From Phoronis australis (Eukaryota > Animalia > Phoronida): a stretch of DNA of 64,000 bases. Position 1 is the first letter of the stretch; each line of letters opens with the position of its first letter. A model generated the notes under the pieces. It saw nothing but the letters and a program-made list of their open reading frames with translations. It did no database searches and was not told the origin of the DNA. The position numbers and the translations under genes were made by a program. Below, one piece after another: positions 12,201 through 27,200 of the stretch. The stretch covers positions 206,260-270,259 of the forward strand of contig NMRA01000017.1 of NCBI GenBank assembly GCA_002633005.1, given 5' to 3'.

Positions 12201-15200
12201 TTAGTGTACAGAGTATTATACTTTCACGAATGACAGAAATATGCAATATTTCTAGCCCGACAAACAATGTTTCAGTAAACTTTAACAGTTTACTAAACAT
12301 GTCACGCTCTTAATGCTCTCAGCAGGGACCACCCTAGTAACACTGCAGAAGATCACAGAACTGACTAAGACACAAATAAGTGTGATACTTTTAAAGAAAT
12401 ATCATTCCTGAAACAAAAAACTGTGGGACAAAAACAAAACAAATTTTGAAACGCATGCATGCAATACTTACATACCATGGGCTTGCATTAATTAATAAGA
12501 AAAAGCAAATTGAACCCAATTTAACAGAGAAACACACACGCACCCTTGACATACAAAACACAGAAGATATCAATTTCATACTCGGGATTAATCACTTATG
12601 AACGAAGAGGAAGCTCAAAAAGCATGCATCCAATAGTTACCCAATAGTTACCAAATAGTTACCCAATAGTTACCCAATCGTTACCCAATAGTTACTCAAT
12701 AGTTACCCAATAGTTACCCAATAGTTACCCAATAGAAATTTTACATTAATTTAGAGAAATGACAAATTAAAGCCAGTTGAGCAGAGAAACACACACCTTG
12801 ACAAATAGAGGTATTGAACTCGACCTGCATTTTGGTTTCTGCAATGCATCGGAAAGGTTACGTCACTGCTGATCTGAGAGTTTTTGCCATTTGAGGTGAG
12901 ATTTGCAATTTGCCTACTTCTGAGTTTATTCGGTAGTTGTATGAGAAACTTTTCACTAATATATGAATTGTGCATCAAGTCTGTTGGGCAAGATTTTGTT
13001 ATCAAATGCAGTTGGTTAAAGTTGACCTTGATTCCACAGTTGTTGTACGGCAGCAATGTTGTTTCTGTTTTATGAGGCAGGATCCAATTTCAGTTTGTAT
13101 AATTGTTTGTATAAATATATCTTTTTCAGTGAGGCATGGAAATATGTTGCGAACATTTTGTCCTGTCAGCACGCCATACCTTTTTGGTCACATAACGTGA
13201 TCTAATGAATATAAGTCCAAAAAAATTTCTGGCGATCCACCGTTGACGATCTAGTAACATTAAGCCATTTTACATTTCAGTTTAGTGAGATTCTTTGCTA
13301 TAAAGACATCCACAAAGACTTAGTATGCGCTTTTGTATTCACTAGTGTCTTTAATCATTTCTGTTTGTGTAGAGTACTTGTGCAGTCTTGTATCTTGTTG
13401 TTTATCGGACATGTGTATTTACCTAGAATGAGTAAATTGATAATACTATAACTAACTTGCCAATAAAGCGTTTCACTGCGCAAATAATGTTGCAAAGGTG
13501 TGTAATTCTGTGTTTCAATCTGGTTCTGTTGCATTGTAAATGGTGTGTTATTGTTCTAGTCCAGGGTTGAAATCAGTGAATAAACAATTTTGGCAAACTA
13601 CTGGCATTTATACATCGAGTCCTGTTACTTAAGTGAAGGGAAAAGTAGGCAATTATGACTGCACAACACACGCGTTTACTCACATAAAACGCCTTGACCA
13701 TTTCTTGCCCTTGAACAGGCTGAAATGAATGGGTCAGTGGTACATGATAACAAACATGAAGGCAGATAGCAGCAATGAAACCATTCATTTATTTGCTTTA
13801 TTTATTTTCTAGATGATAGCTTGTTCAGTCAGTGATTGCTTTCCAGTAAGATCTGCCCATAAAATTACACATCACAAAATTACAAGTTGTACAATGGTAA
13901 CAAACTTAATGAATGTATATTCACAACAAAAATGAAAAAAGAAAACTGTAATAACCAAGTATTTTCAAAAAATCACGACTTTTGAGGAATTTCAAAAACA
14001 CGTTGTTTCAAGACAGAAAACATAATAATTTGATTCTGAAGACAAATTGATATTAAATTAATTCAACATAAAAGAATTTCCACAAAATCCTGGTATTAAA
14101 TGTTGTCTCTTGAAATTCTTTTAAAACTCCCAGAAACGTGGACATACAACTCACCACAAAATCTTTGTCAAACACCTCTAACACCACAGAAGGCGTCTCC
14201 TCCACAATGTAATCCAGGCTAAAATGGTATACTATCTATAAAACACGAAAAGCAAGTATGTTATATGCAAGAACTAAACTGATACTTAGGTCAACCTAAA
14301 AAAGAATGCTGAACCCTGATTATTGTCATCCAACACAATTAGTACGTGCCTGTAGAGAAGAAATGTGGAGCCTGATATTTGAAGGGAGGAGGAGCTGTGG
14401 AGCCTGAGGTTTGAAGGGGGAGGAGCTGTGGAGCTTGAGGTTTGAAGGGGGAGGAGCTGTGGAGCTTGAGGTTTGAAGGGGGGAGGAGCTGTGNNNNNNN
14501 NNNNNNNNNNNNNNNNNNNNNNNNNNNNNNNNNNNNNNNNNNNNNNNNNNNNNNNNNNNNNNNNNNNNNNNNNNNNNNNNNNNNNNNNNNNNNNNNNNNN
14601 NNNNNNNNNNNNNNNNNNNNNNNNNNNNNNNNNNNNNNNNNNATATTAAATCAATTACAATAAAACATGCCCATAAACTCACCACTTCAAAGTCAATAAC
14701 AAGGTCAGCGTTCAGTATACTGCCATGGCTCAACTTATCAGCTGGTCACATGCATCCATTTTCTTGAATGGACACACTCAATATACAGAAAAACAGCAGA
14801 GCACACCCTTTCAATGTATGACCACAAGGGGGCTCTCCTGACAAGAGAGTTCAGCTTAGTAAGTACAAATACCATACGCTTTAATATTCAAATATCATTT
14901 TAGTTAGGCCTCTATTTAACAAAACATTGTGTTTTCAGATGATTCACCGACCTTCTTCAGAACAACTGTCTCGTTCCATGTGGGACAGAGGGTGGCCTTC
15001 AGGTAGTGTGACCGTCCACTGGCCTTGCTGCAGAACACACGCACGTATGGGTCAGATAAACCATTCAAATCTGAGCCCAAAAGGCCACGCGCCTGGTACA
15101 GGTGAGCACGAAGCTCAAACTTGTGACACTCTACAGCAAACGACAAACACACAATAAATGACAGCATACCTTCCTTTCCATAGAACAGTTGGCCTTGGGT

Positions 15201-18200
15201 TCAGACAAGCTAATTTCGGTTTAGACCTGTTACAAATATAATCTGGATTTAGGAAAAAACTCTCCGGGGCTTAAGCAATAATGAAATGCAGGTCCTTCTC
15301 TTAAGCACAAAAATCACATCTGATCAAAGTAAAGAACAATTGAGACTGCTTGTATCATGGTAACAAAAGTTACAGTACGTGTCAAAAGAAATCAGGACAA
15401 AATACCATTGTTCCACGATGATGGGTATTAGGAATGAGCTGTTGAGACAGATCAGCCAAGCTACCCTGATGGTGAAGTCCACTAGCATTAGGTTGAAATG
15501 ACGACATACTGCTCAGTTGCCATGACTCAGAATTACGCGTCATTTTTGTCTGATTTATCTGGTGTCAACCACTGATAGATCAAAGGCTCACTGTTGTCAA
15601 AAAGTTGGTTAACTTTTTTCACCTTTAATGATTTTATTCCTACCTGAGTACACTAGCTGCAAGGGAGGGTCGACCTTGAGGTTTTTCTTTGATTTGATTA
15701 AAGCATTTGATGAGAAGTATCCAGCCGGCAGTCCTTTTGTGTAAGTAGACCGATGTTTGTCCAGGCCCAACCATAGGTAAACGAACAGTTTGGCTTGAAG
15801 AACCCAGCCTTTCTTCCGTGTGGCATCTTTACCAGCCAACTGAAGATAAATGAGAGGTCCAGATTACAAACACTGGCCATGACATACAGAGTAGACATGA
15901 TTCAATGGTTACATGGAAGTCGTTATTAGGAGGATGTTTTGGGTTATAATTCACTCAGCATGTTGTTGCAAGAGGTCAGACTGTTGACGACATTAACAAT
16001 TGAAATAAAACATAACGTAAACAAACTTTGCATACCAAGGTCGAATGACGCATTGATGCACTGCAAATTTCACAAACAACAGTCTTGTGACTTATAAATT
16101 GTTTAAATATTCTGTAATTAATTATTGCACATCATGAAAATCTCCAATATTTGAACTTCATGCAGACTTCCATTATTGGTTTATTCAAATTTGCTCCCTT
16201 GCCACTGAATATGTGGTCAGCCTCAACATGAGATGTAATCCCGTTGTGCATGTCACAAGTATCGCTTTGCCTTCAGAAGTAAATATAGTAGTGACTTTGC
16301 TCCTGAAACTTCAAGAAAAAACGTATTCTTCCAAAAAATAAATTTGGTTTAACACAGAATGAACCGATTGCCAACCTGCTCCTCACACCAGAAGATGTAA
16401 TCTCTATAGTGCGTGGATCACTTCCAGATACCGAGATTGTACAACAGCAGGAGAGATGGGCAACAAAGCGCCTCATAGAGCAAGGATGGCAATACGGAGA
16501 TGCAGCAAAAACTCGTATCAATGGAAAAGATCGAAAAGTGTGTAACCAGTACGAGCTTGGTTGCATCTCCAAATTTACATTGCGTGCGATACTGGAAGGA
16601 GGAGAGCCAGAGACTATCCCGGTGCCTACCCTCTGACGTCACCACAGAAACAGAAACAGAAACAGAATGAAAGACTGGCTGACAGTCTCCGTAAGTGTTG
16701 ATTTCAACAACATAGTCTTTTTAAATGCACTGCAAAAGCTAACAGAGTACAATTCCCCCCCGTGACAACTGGTTTCTATAGCGCACCTTACTGTTTTCAA
16801 TACGTGAAGTAAATTAAGGGTGGTAAGGCACTTACAGCTGACTAGCTTTCAGACACACAATGGGAAAATTTGAACACTAAGTCCGAAGAGGAATTCAGTT
16901 GAACATAAAGTAACAAACAAACTAGTGGCCTGCAAGCTTACACTGGTTTATGGCTTTGGAAGTCATCATGGCTATTCATTGAAAACAGTACTTGACAAAT
17001 AATTGACCTATAATTTTCTGTGTGGATGATTCACAAAGGGATATCAGCACTGGTAGGGGTGGATAAAAGCTACCCTAGCTAGTTTTCTGGCCCCTATGGC
17101 ATGTTTACGTCATGCCTACAGTATACAAATGGACCAATCTAGAGGGTGATAGCAGGTGATATAGACCGAGGGACAGCAATGAGGCTGTGGGCAACATTGT
17201 TCCCTCAAGGTCCATATGACTAGTACAACATTGCTCCCTCAAGGTCCATATGACCAGTACAACGTTGCTCCCTCAAGGTCCATATGACCAGTACAACATT
17301 GCTCTTTCAAGGCCCATATGACCAGTACAACATTGCTCCCTCAAGGTCCATATGACCAATACATCCAAAGGGTCATGCGCAACATTGCTCTTTAAAGGTC
17401 CATATGACCAATACACCCAAATGGTCAGTTTGTTTTAATGCATGACCAATGCTTCTTTCCTCTCATATTTTTGTCTCGTTAGATTAGCTCGCTTTGATCG
17501 GCTTTGGTGACCTGACATCGTCTGCTCGCTTCCTGGTCAGTGTTTATGGTTTCTACAGTGCCTGATTGGTCAGATCAAGACTATTGACATCTGACGTCAG
17601 AGTGACATGAATGAAAAGTGATATTACATGGTCAGGTGAGTCATTATTACACTATATCCGAAGCCATTGTACAGAATTTCATGAGAGAATGAAAGTGTCA
17701 TTGGTTGATGTGTAATGAAACAGATTATGTTCATTTCTGTACTACGGTAAACACATTTATTCTACATCTCACCTTGAGCAGCAGTATTTGCACTTTGCCA
17801 CAATCTTTTCCTCTTTCTTCCTCCACGGCAGAGTAAAGGATATCCTTGGATGGCACTCTTGCAGAGGCCACCCTCTTGCCAGCACAGATCATCCAAATGA
17901 ACACGTCTGGCAGTGCATGTTGAGGCTGTTTGCAGACAGAGTTTAGAAACACGATTAAGAATTTAGTGTGCCAGACTGGTGTTATTTATCGCAGTTAATA
18001 ACTGAATTTTTTCAATCAAAGCACTTAGTTAAGCAGTAATTGCATTGTGGAAACCAACGAATGGTCCCTAGATCTTCCTTATCGTAGATTGTGGACAGGC
18101 TCGCAGTCACCTCACAAAGTACAGGGAAAAATGACTTTGCTGCATGTGTGAGGTGTGCCCTGAATGGAGATCAAAATGTACAGATTGTCAGATGAACAGT

Positions 18201-21200
18201 TATAGACAGTAGGTTACTACCATGCACCAAATGGTATCATGTAAGTACTAAATAAATTCCTCCGTCCATAATAAACAAGACCACTAAAAATTCTTTGGGC
18301 ATAGACAAAAATTTACCTCGTGAACATTTTAGGCCTCCTTACAACATAACGTCCCACATCCGGCTGCTCAACAGCCATCAGTGTGAGGATAGCTGCCAGT
18401 ACAAGGAAGCCGAAAACTTTGACGAGGTAAATTTCCACCACCTACACTAAAGCAATTTTAGTGGTAGGTATTGTACAACATATAAAGTAACCTTTAACAT
18501 ACCAGTACTCGTCACAATTTTGTAAGATTTATGTTCAATTTCAATGACACTACATTTTTCCAAACTATTTTAGTCAGCCGGCCATTGAAGTCCTCTAAAT
18601 GAAGTTTGACGGCAAAGTTATGGTAGAAGCAAAAAACACATATCATAACCACTGATGCACGGTTCGGGAGGTTGTCAAGCTCAAACTTTCAAATTAACAA
18701 AGTTAATCGTGTTTTAAGCTTAGCAACACCCCGAAACTTTAACAGCGGATAACTCCAACTTATTCTGGGCATAGTTGCCAGCTTCAAACACGATTTTTAC
18801 CTCAAACCTGAAACTAATGATTTTAGCTGGAAAAATATCTGGTTACCATGACGGTAACGGTGTATAATGCAGCTTAGAAACCCCTTAGTTTCAAGGGAAG
18901 GTCACATCAAGGACTCTGAGCAAGGTTGCCCGACTTTTCCATCAACCATAAAATTATACAGTTAGACGAACTTACCTTAAGTGAAGGATGACTGTAATTT
19001 TATGTATCCCCAGAATTCCCCCAGAGTGCTAACATGAGATACGGACATGCGCAAAGCGGACCATTCTTTAAAGCTCTTCTGTGATCAAGAGAGTGCTAAC
19101 AGGGTGGGATGTGGAGGGCATGTTAGCACTCTGGGGGAATTCTGGGGATACATAAAATTACAGTCATCCTTCACTTAAGGTAAGTTCGTCTAACTGTATA
19201 ATTNAAGCACTTAGTTAAGCAGTAATTGCATTGTGGAAACCAATGAATGGACCCTAGATCTTCCTTATCGTAGATTGTGGACAGGCTCACAGTCACCTCA
19301 CAAAGTACAGGGAAAAAATGACTTTGCTGCAAGTGTGAGGTCTGCCCTGAATGGAGATCAAAATGTACAGATTGTCAGATGATCAGTTATAGACAGTAGG
19401 TTACTACCATGCACCAAATGGTATCATATAAGTACTAAATAAATTCCTCCATCCATAATAAACAAGACCACTAAAAATTCTTTGGGCATAGACAAAAATT
19501 TACCTCGTGAACATTTTAGGCCTCCTTATACCATAACGTCCCACATCCGGCTGCTCAACAGCCATTAGTGTGAGGATGGCTGCCAGTACAAGAAAGCCGA
19601 AAACTTTGACGAGGTAAATTTCCACCACCTACACTAAAGCAATTTTAGTGGTAGGTATTGTACAACATATAAAGTAACCTTTAACATGCCAGTACTCGTC
19701 ACAATTTTGTAAGATTTATGTTCAATTTCAATGACACTACATTTTTCCAAACTATTTTAGTCAGCCGGCCATTGAAGTCCTCTAAATGAAGTTTGACAGC
19801 AAAGTTATGGTAGAAGCAAACAACACACATCATAACTACTGATGCACGATTCGAGAGGTTGTCAAGCTTAAACTTTCAAATTAACAAAGTTAATTGTGTT
19901 TTAAGCTTAGCAACACCCCGAAACTTTAACAGCGGATAACTCCAACTTATTCTGGGCATAGTTGTCAGCTTCTAACACGATTTTTACCTCAAACCTGAAA
20001 CTAATGATTTTAGCTGGAAAAATATCTGGTTACCATGACGGTAACGGTGTATAATGCAATGCCTGGTGGTATACTTATAATACATAACCTCAACTAAAAC
20101 AAATCAAATCGGGTATTAGTTGAAAGAGCAAAAATCCAATTCACTGCAATCAATTTAACATATAACCACATACAATACATGGAAGTCAGAAAGGTAGTGC
20201 CACCAAATACCGCACAGCGCCCCCTGCCATCACAGAATAATGCAAAGCAGACTGCAGGGGACACCATGAGCATCGGGACAACACCAAAAATAGCTTAGCA
20301 AACAAGAACTGAATACGTCCCATGCTGCAATTAACTGATTAAGAAGACACAAATGATTACAAAAACGAAATTAAACAAAGATGCAAACCTCAGCAGCAAT
20401 CTTTTGAAGTTTTTTCTGGACTTCTCTAGCTTCCTCCAGCATCTCTTCAATTTTCATCTCCTTTAACTCCGCTCTTGTCTTACGCAGCTTTTTGCAAATT
20501 GCAGTCTACAAGAAATTTAAACTTTTATAATATTTATATTATAGTATTTAAAATACCAATAATAATAAAAACAGAAATAATAATAATAATAATAATAACA
20601 TAAATGGCTAAAGAGAGCTCAAAAATAAACCAAAAATAGATGTTACATTTCAAAGCCTTCCTTGAACGGACATTTGTTATTTCATGCGTATTTGGATTAG
20701 CCCAACAGTCCCAGTAGTAATTTACCAACATAAGAGAACACGTGACTGCCATCTTGTGAAATGCAACGGGCTTCTTAAATATCCATAAGTAACCTCCGTT
20801 GTCTGGTACCAGTAAGATTAATAAAACATTAATTGTTCTTTGAGTAACTTATGAGCATTAAGACAATTTCCCAAGTTTTGAATAGTAGTCTGGTCTGAGT
20901 TTTATTGAAGGAATGCATTTGATGAAGAGTACCATCAAAACTTCCCAGTTTGGTAGAGTCTATCAAATTTGGCAAACCATTGAATTTTCTTGATTTTAAA
21001 AATTGGAACAAGGACAATTTCAAGGATCATCCTATTTCACAGAAATCACACGCTACATTTTGTATCAAATCTGAAAATAGACTAGGGCTACAGAATTCAG
21101 CTCTTGGTGATTAATAATTACTGATAATGGTCTCAATTCTTGAACTTTTGCCAACAAAGTGGGATATTTTTATCATTTTCTAGTTTGCTATTGTTGCAAT

Positions 21201-24200
21201 AAAAATGGGACACTGACAGGGGGTTACATGACAACATTACTAAGCCACGACCATATGCCAGGACCGTGCACGCAAATAGCTGCGATGTGAAAAATCTGGG
21301 CACCGACAAGGCGACAAAAGCGATATTGTCCAGAGATATTGTAAAAGGGCATTCTGAATGTGTTATCAATATGTTTTACGCCAGAAAGTTGGATAAGTTG
21401 ATCAAATATAGAATCGGCAGAAACATTGGTGTTTTATCATCACATCTCATCTATGGATTACATGGTTTACCATCAGTAGTTAAAACAATATGGCAACAAC
21501 AGGTATGTGAGACTGTTAATCACTTTCTGGCCCCTCAAAAAGTGGTTTACATGATACAAAGATTTTTAGGTTTGTCATCGTAATAATTAATCACTGAATG
21601 ATTTCCAATTCGTACACAAAGTCAGAGATGTTTCAAACTGATGACGTATTACCGCAAAACTGAAGCAATTCTAAAATTTTGTGCATTGGTATTTGCAATC
21701 TTTCTCATAATTCTTACCTAGGAAGGTAAGCAATGAACATTTATAAAATTTGGTAAAACAATTTATAACTCTTCATTGCCCCAAACTGGAGAATTTTACT
21801 CTTAGACTAACACTTGAATTAGAATGTGCATGACCCTAATCTTTAAAGAATTCCTTAAAGAAATGTCATTCCAGTCAGAAAATGTATTATTCCTGAATTC
21901 ATCTCAATTATAAGAATGGACAATTTTAAGGGAAACCTTTATGTTGAAGCTCATAACAAATCGTAATGCAGTTTTCATGAACAAGTTGCTGTATTATCAG
22001 GATGAAAAATGACAATGGCAAAAATGAAATATTTAGGCATTCATGACTCCAATTACTAGGTAAAATGAGAGGATCAATTTTTGATTTGACGCTAAAGTGT
22101 ACTCAGACTCAGCAAAAGGTTTGGTGCAAATTTAAGGATTTTGACTTGAATTGACGGAAAACTTGTATGCCTGATGTTTGCCAGCCATTCTTGGAATACT
22201 GCCGGATCCAGTGTGATCGGATTCGTTATAAAACTTAAAACCAGAATCACGGCAGGAGACTACAACAGATGGAATGCAAAAAGCATAAAAATGTCTTCAG
22301 CAGCCAACTTATTGCATATCAAAGCAACTATTTCATGTGCAAATACTTATGGCATGCGCATACACCAACTGTATACGCAAAAGGCTCTTGAACCAAACAA
22401 CGTGCTATCAGAAGCTTCTATTGCTGGCGATACTTGCTGGTTTAATTTGATCAACACAAAGCCAAACAATCGCTCATGGCATAATTGCCAGCTGAAATGA
22501 CAGCTCACCACTTTACGAATATACATGGACATGCGCTCTTTATCCAGCGGAGTAATCCCCACACTTTGGTGGCGTTGTTGCTCTGATATGACGTCCACAA
22601 ATGCCTTGCAGTCACTTGACACCTTCATCATCAAATCCTTCAACAGTAACCTGGGACTACATCCGTCCAGTTCTCTTACCAGAAGCTCCTCAATCACATT
22701 CAAGTTCATCTCCTGAAATGAGTTAAACACACATATTATGTGTGGTGACTTAACAGTACGTAAAAAATCGCATCAGTTCATGCCCAATACGGCTGAAGGC
22801 TTGACATGTACAACATCTTCTTAGAAAAAGCTGCAACAAGACTATCGGTCGCTATGTCCATTGACCAGGCAAATGCATGCTACATATCATGGCATACCTT
22901 CTGTAAAATGACCGTAATACTTTCAAAACTTACCTGCAATCTGGACATATTTACTTTGAATATTCCAAAGGCAAACAAAATAATTATATCTCAAATATTA
23001 TAACTCTTGCGCCTGAAAACCTTTCATCAGTGTTTACTTCCATGAAATAAAATTATCATATTTCCATATATGGCCCATGCCCATAAATGGATCACAACCT
23101 AAATAAGGCGTACATGCCCATAAATGGAGCACAAGCTAAACTGGAGGTCTTCTGTGACTTTATCAAGTTTATAATCTTGGTCTGTGCAATGTCGTTCTAG
23201 GACCAGGTTTCTGAGATACTGTGCGCTGGAGTCACTTTCACAATACTAAATTACGACTTCAATGAGTTGGAATCTGGAAAATTTATAGTTATTTCCAAGT
23301 CTTGAAAGCGCTAGTACCTGGAACACATGCAAACCAGCCAATAAAATTCAAGTAAATGTAAAATATCACAAATCAGACTTTTATTGACGTGAAACTTGTA
23401 TGTTGACCATAAATAATAGCATGTGACATAACGTGCAAACCTTTAAGCACAGATTTAAGTGTTACTTGTTGAAAATTTGAAGCATGGACATCGCTGACGA
23501 GTACAGGACATCTCTGATGGGTATACATGGGTATCACTGACTATACACACGGGTATCACTGACGGGTACACATGGGTATCACTGACAGTTACACAAGGGT
23601 ATCACTGACGGGTACACATGGGTATCACTGACAGGTACACATAGGTAGCACTGACAGGTACACATAGGTATCACTGACGGGTACACATAGGTATCACTGA
23701 CGGGTACACATAGGTATCACTGACGGGTACACATGGGTATCACTGATGGTTACACATGGGTATCACTGACGGGTACACATAGGTATCACTGACGGGTACA
23801 CATGGGTAGCACTGACAGGTACACATTAGGTATCACTGACGGGTACACATGGGTATCACTGACAGGTACACATAGATATCACTGACGGTACACATGGGTA
23901 TCTGACAGGTACACATGGGTATCTGACAGGTACACATGGGTATCTGACAGGTACACATGGGTATCTGACAGGTACACATGGGTATCTGACAGGTACACAT
24001 GGGTATCTGACAGGTACACAATAGGTATCACTGACGGTTACACTTGGGCATCACTGGGTCATGGGTTTCATGATCATGGGGGCCAAAGAAGTCGAGGGGT
24101 TTTGAACTACACGTACTTATGTTATAAATAAGCAGCAACTCTTACCATGTTATCAATAATGCGGTTTAACATATTCACAGTATACATTCGCCGACGCTGG

Positions 24201-27200
24201 TCTTCAAATTTTGCTTTTACAAAAACACAAGGCTTTGTGTCATTGTACGGCATATGGTAATAAATCCTACAAAACATCATAACAAGTACTTTGAAATATC
24301 CCCTACTTTGGCATATCATTTCCCAGTTAGAAACGATATACAACATGATTACAAAAATCAATTGCAAGACTCCGCTTGTTGCCTTCAAACCCAGATTAGA
24401 TGAGTATATGACACTCAGAGCATTACACTGCAGCTCTGCTCAGGTAAGAACTCTTGTCAAGCATATACTGGTATTCATTCTCTCAGTTAAACTTTGTTAA
24501 TCAAGTAATGTTATGCTGTGACCCAAAACGGTGACCGTGCCGCATAATTATTCATTAAATATATTGATAAGCGGTAAATAGATTTCTCAGACCTTCAAGT
24601 ATTTCCATCTGATATCAGTCTTGAATAATCAAAATCAAACAGATTTGAGCATTTTACTAGTTTTCACTTTACAAATCTTTAAAAAAATTAGTTAGTTCAC
24701 TAGGTACAAACCAACTGAATTCTTATTTGGTATTACATATCAATCATAAGAGAAACATACACCCAATCTAACTGGGTGTATAATTTATTTATTGAATATG
24801 TGTTGCTATAATATAAAGCTTAAAATACAAAAGAAAATATAACAAAAAATATTGTATCCTCAGTTTGGTATTAAATGAAGGAATTTGAAAAATGCCTTCA
24901 TTAGCTTGTCATCCATGAACAAGAGAAGTTCTCATTAAGTTAAAACAATTAGACTGCCTTATTCGTCAGGTTTCACCATTTTTGAAATTAATTCGCTTTT
25001 GATACGAAAACATGTATCACTTTCTCACAACGTTGAAGTCTATGATGCCTTTGTTCTAAATGTGATTTTGATCACTAGTTTACACTAAGCTTACACCATG
25101 GAGATTCAATACATTCATGGACATGTCAAAGAACAATTCAAAGAGTCAACAATACAAAGCGGTTGTACACCAAGTTGCAGGTGCACCCATTCGAGAGTCA
25201 TGCAAGGGGTTTAGGTTGTATAGCTATGGATGACAAATGCCTGGATAGAAATGACAAGATGTACTCCTGCGTGGGCATGAAAAAAATGGACACCAAACAT
25301 AAGTAAAATGATGTGGCCTACTGGTCTTCTGTTTCTGGAATCATTGGGTAGGTGGTGCTGTAGCTATTCTTTGGCTCCTCTGTTTTGCCTTTCCTTGGCT
25401 TCTTGGCCTCTCCTTCACTGTCGTCATCTTCATTGTCACCAAATAGGACAGGAACATCCACGTGCACTACACCGTCCATCTGGTTGCCAAAGTTTCCTGA
25501 AAAGTCCAAGCCACAAGGTCTAATCTCCTCATTAGGACTCAAGATTAAGAACTTTTTGAATAACCAATCCTGCCACCCAATTTGAGTACAAATTTGTAAG
25601 TTTGTTCGACGTGTGTCATAGAATTGACCACATTTTGAGTTGCGTTTCGAGTAGTGAGATTAGAAGCCAGGCCGTGTAAAAACATATTGCAAGCAGTTGT
25701 GCACTTATTGCAACTTTCTCATCATTACAGACAGGAAGCGTCCATGTGTGGACCTCAGTGAAACACTGCAACAGCGGCGATCACCGACAACCTATACATA
25801 CAACAATGTGGAATTGCTTACCAATACTAATCTCAAACTGTATAGGCTTGCCAGCTAGTTTAGCGTCAATCATGGTAGCATGCAGGAATGAACAGTACAG
25901 CAAGAAGTCTGCAGGTGGCCCGGCAGCCATCTAAGAAAAAATAAAAAGGATGTGACAACACTTCAGCCTTGATATCCCTTGTTTTACTAAGTGCCTTAAT
26001 CAGGGCTTGGAATGACCAATGACAAAAAAAGCGGAAACTTTTACGGCCCAAATCCCGCGCGCTACCCAGCCTTGAAATGGTCGATGTGAACCTTTCCCCG
26101 ACAAAAATCGGGAGGACTAAAAAAAAAAAAAAAACGTTACCACCATCAGTAGCATGCGTCTGCCTCCTTTTAGCTCGTCCTTATCGTCCTTCCACTCCCA
26201 ACCCACACATTTTTGGCTGCAGAGCCGTAGTATTTGTCGCTGCGGTTTGCAATAAAACGAGACGCCATTGAAAATCCCACCATGCTTACCCAGATGCCCC
26301 GGCAATGTTGACAATTTACGTTCCTCCGAAACATAAAGAGCAACTTCCGCTTTTCGAGGTGAACGTCGTCTGCAACGCCACGGTAAGAAAGGAAATTTTA
26401 TATCAAATCCGATTTTTTTACGCGGAAATATTATAAAATGCGCGGAAAGAACATTTGAAAAAAGCGGAAATCCGCGTTTCCGCGGAAAATTCCAAGCCCT
26501 GCTTAATAAAGTGTCAAAGTAGTGAAAACACATTAAGCAAGAGCAACGCAGGGGCATTGACATGCGTCCAGGGTTGATCACATACAATATTTTGCTAAGG
26601 GACACTAGGAGGTGCTGCAGTAGTCGAATCAGCCTGACAATCAAGTGGTGTCTCCGCAATGTCATCATATACTGCTGAGTAAAACATGAAATACTCAAGA
26701 GACTGGAGTTGTTCAACAACAGAAGACACCCCTCAACAACACTGAGGTGTAGTGTAACTTTATTCATAAATATCAATAGATATTTACGAAGAAAGATCAT
26801 ACATGTAACAAGTATTTCCCATTTCCAGGAGAGGAGCCAATGTTACACAGTTTGTTCACATTACTTGAACAATACATTTACTCACAGAAGAAATCAGTTG
26901 AGTTGGTTGACAGACACCTCCAAATGATCCTGCCGATGTCATGAACGTCGATGCCGATACACTCATCAGGATGCTTCCTCTGTATGCCACACCTTCTCCA
27001 AACCCCTCATTTAGATAGTTGTGCTTGTCATATACCGTGTAGCTCCTGTTGGAGCCATACATGTTAACCCAACATGGTCCAAAGGTTGGCAGAAATCCTA
27101 AAGGCAGAAAACATAACGGGATTCTGAGTAGACAAAGGTGTGGACACAGGTGTGGAGCTACTGAATACACAAAACCATGGACTTCATCTTTATATTGTCA

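Noticed and set aside
12780-13570. Possible decayed non-LTR retrotransposon coding fragment (similar impression at 20760-21600)
   Set aside because: I could not recover a diagnostic RT or endonuclease motif by eye; needs BLASTx.
23833-24021. (MCTCQIP)n ORF
   Set aside because: Translation of the 21-bp minisatellite variant.
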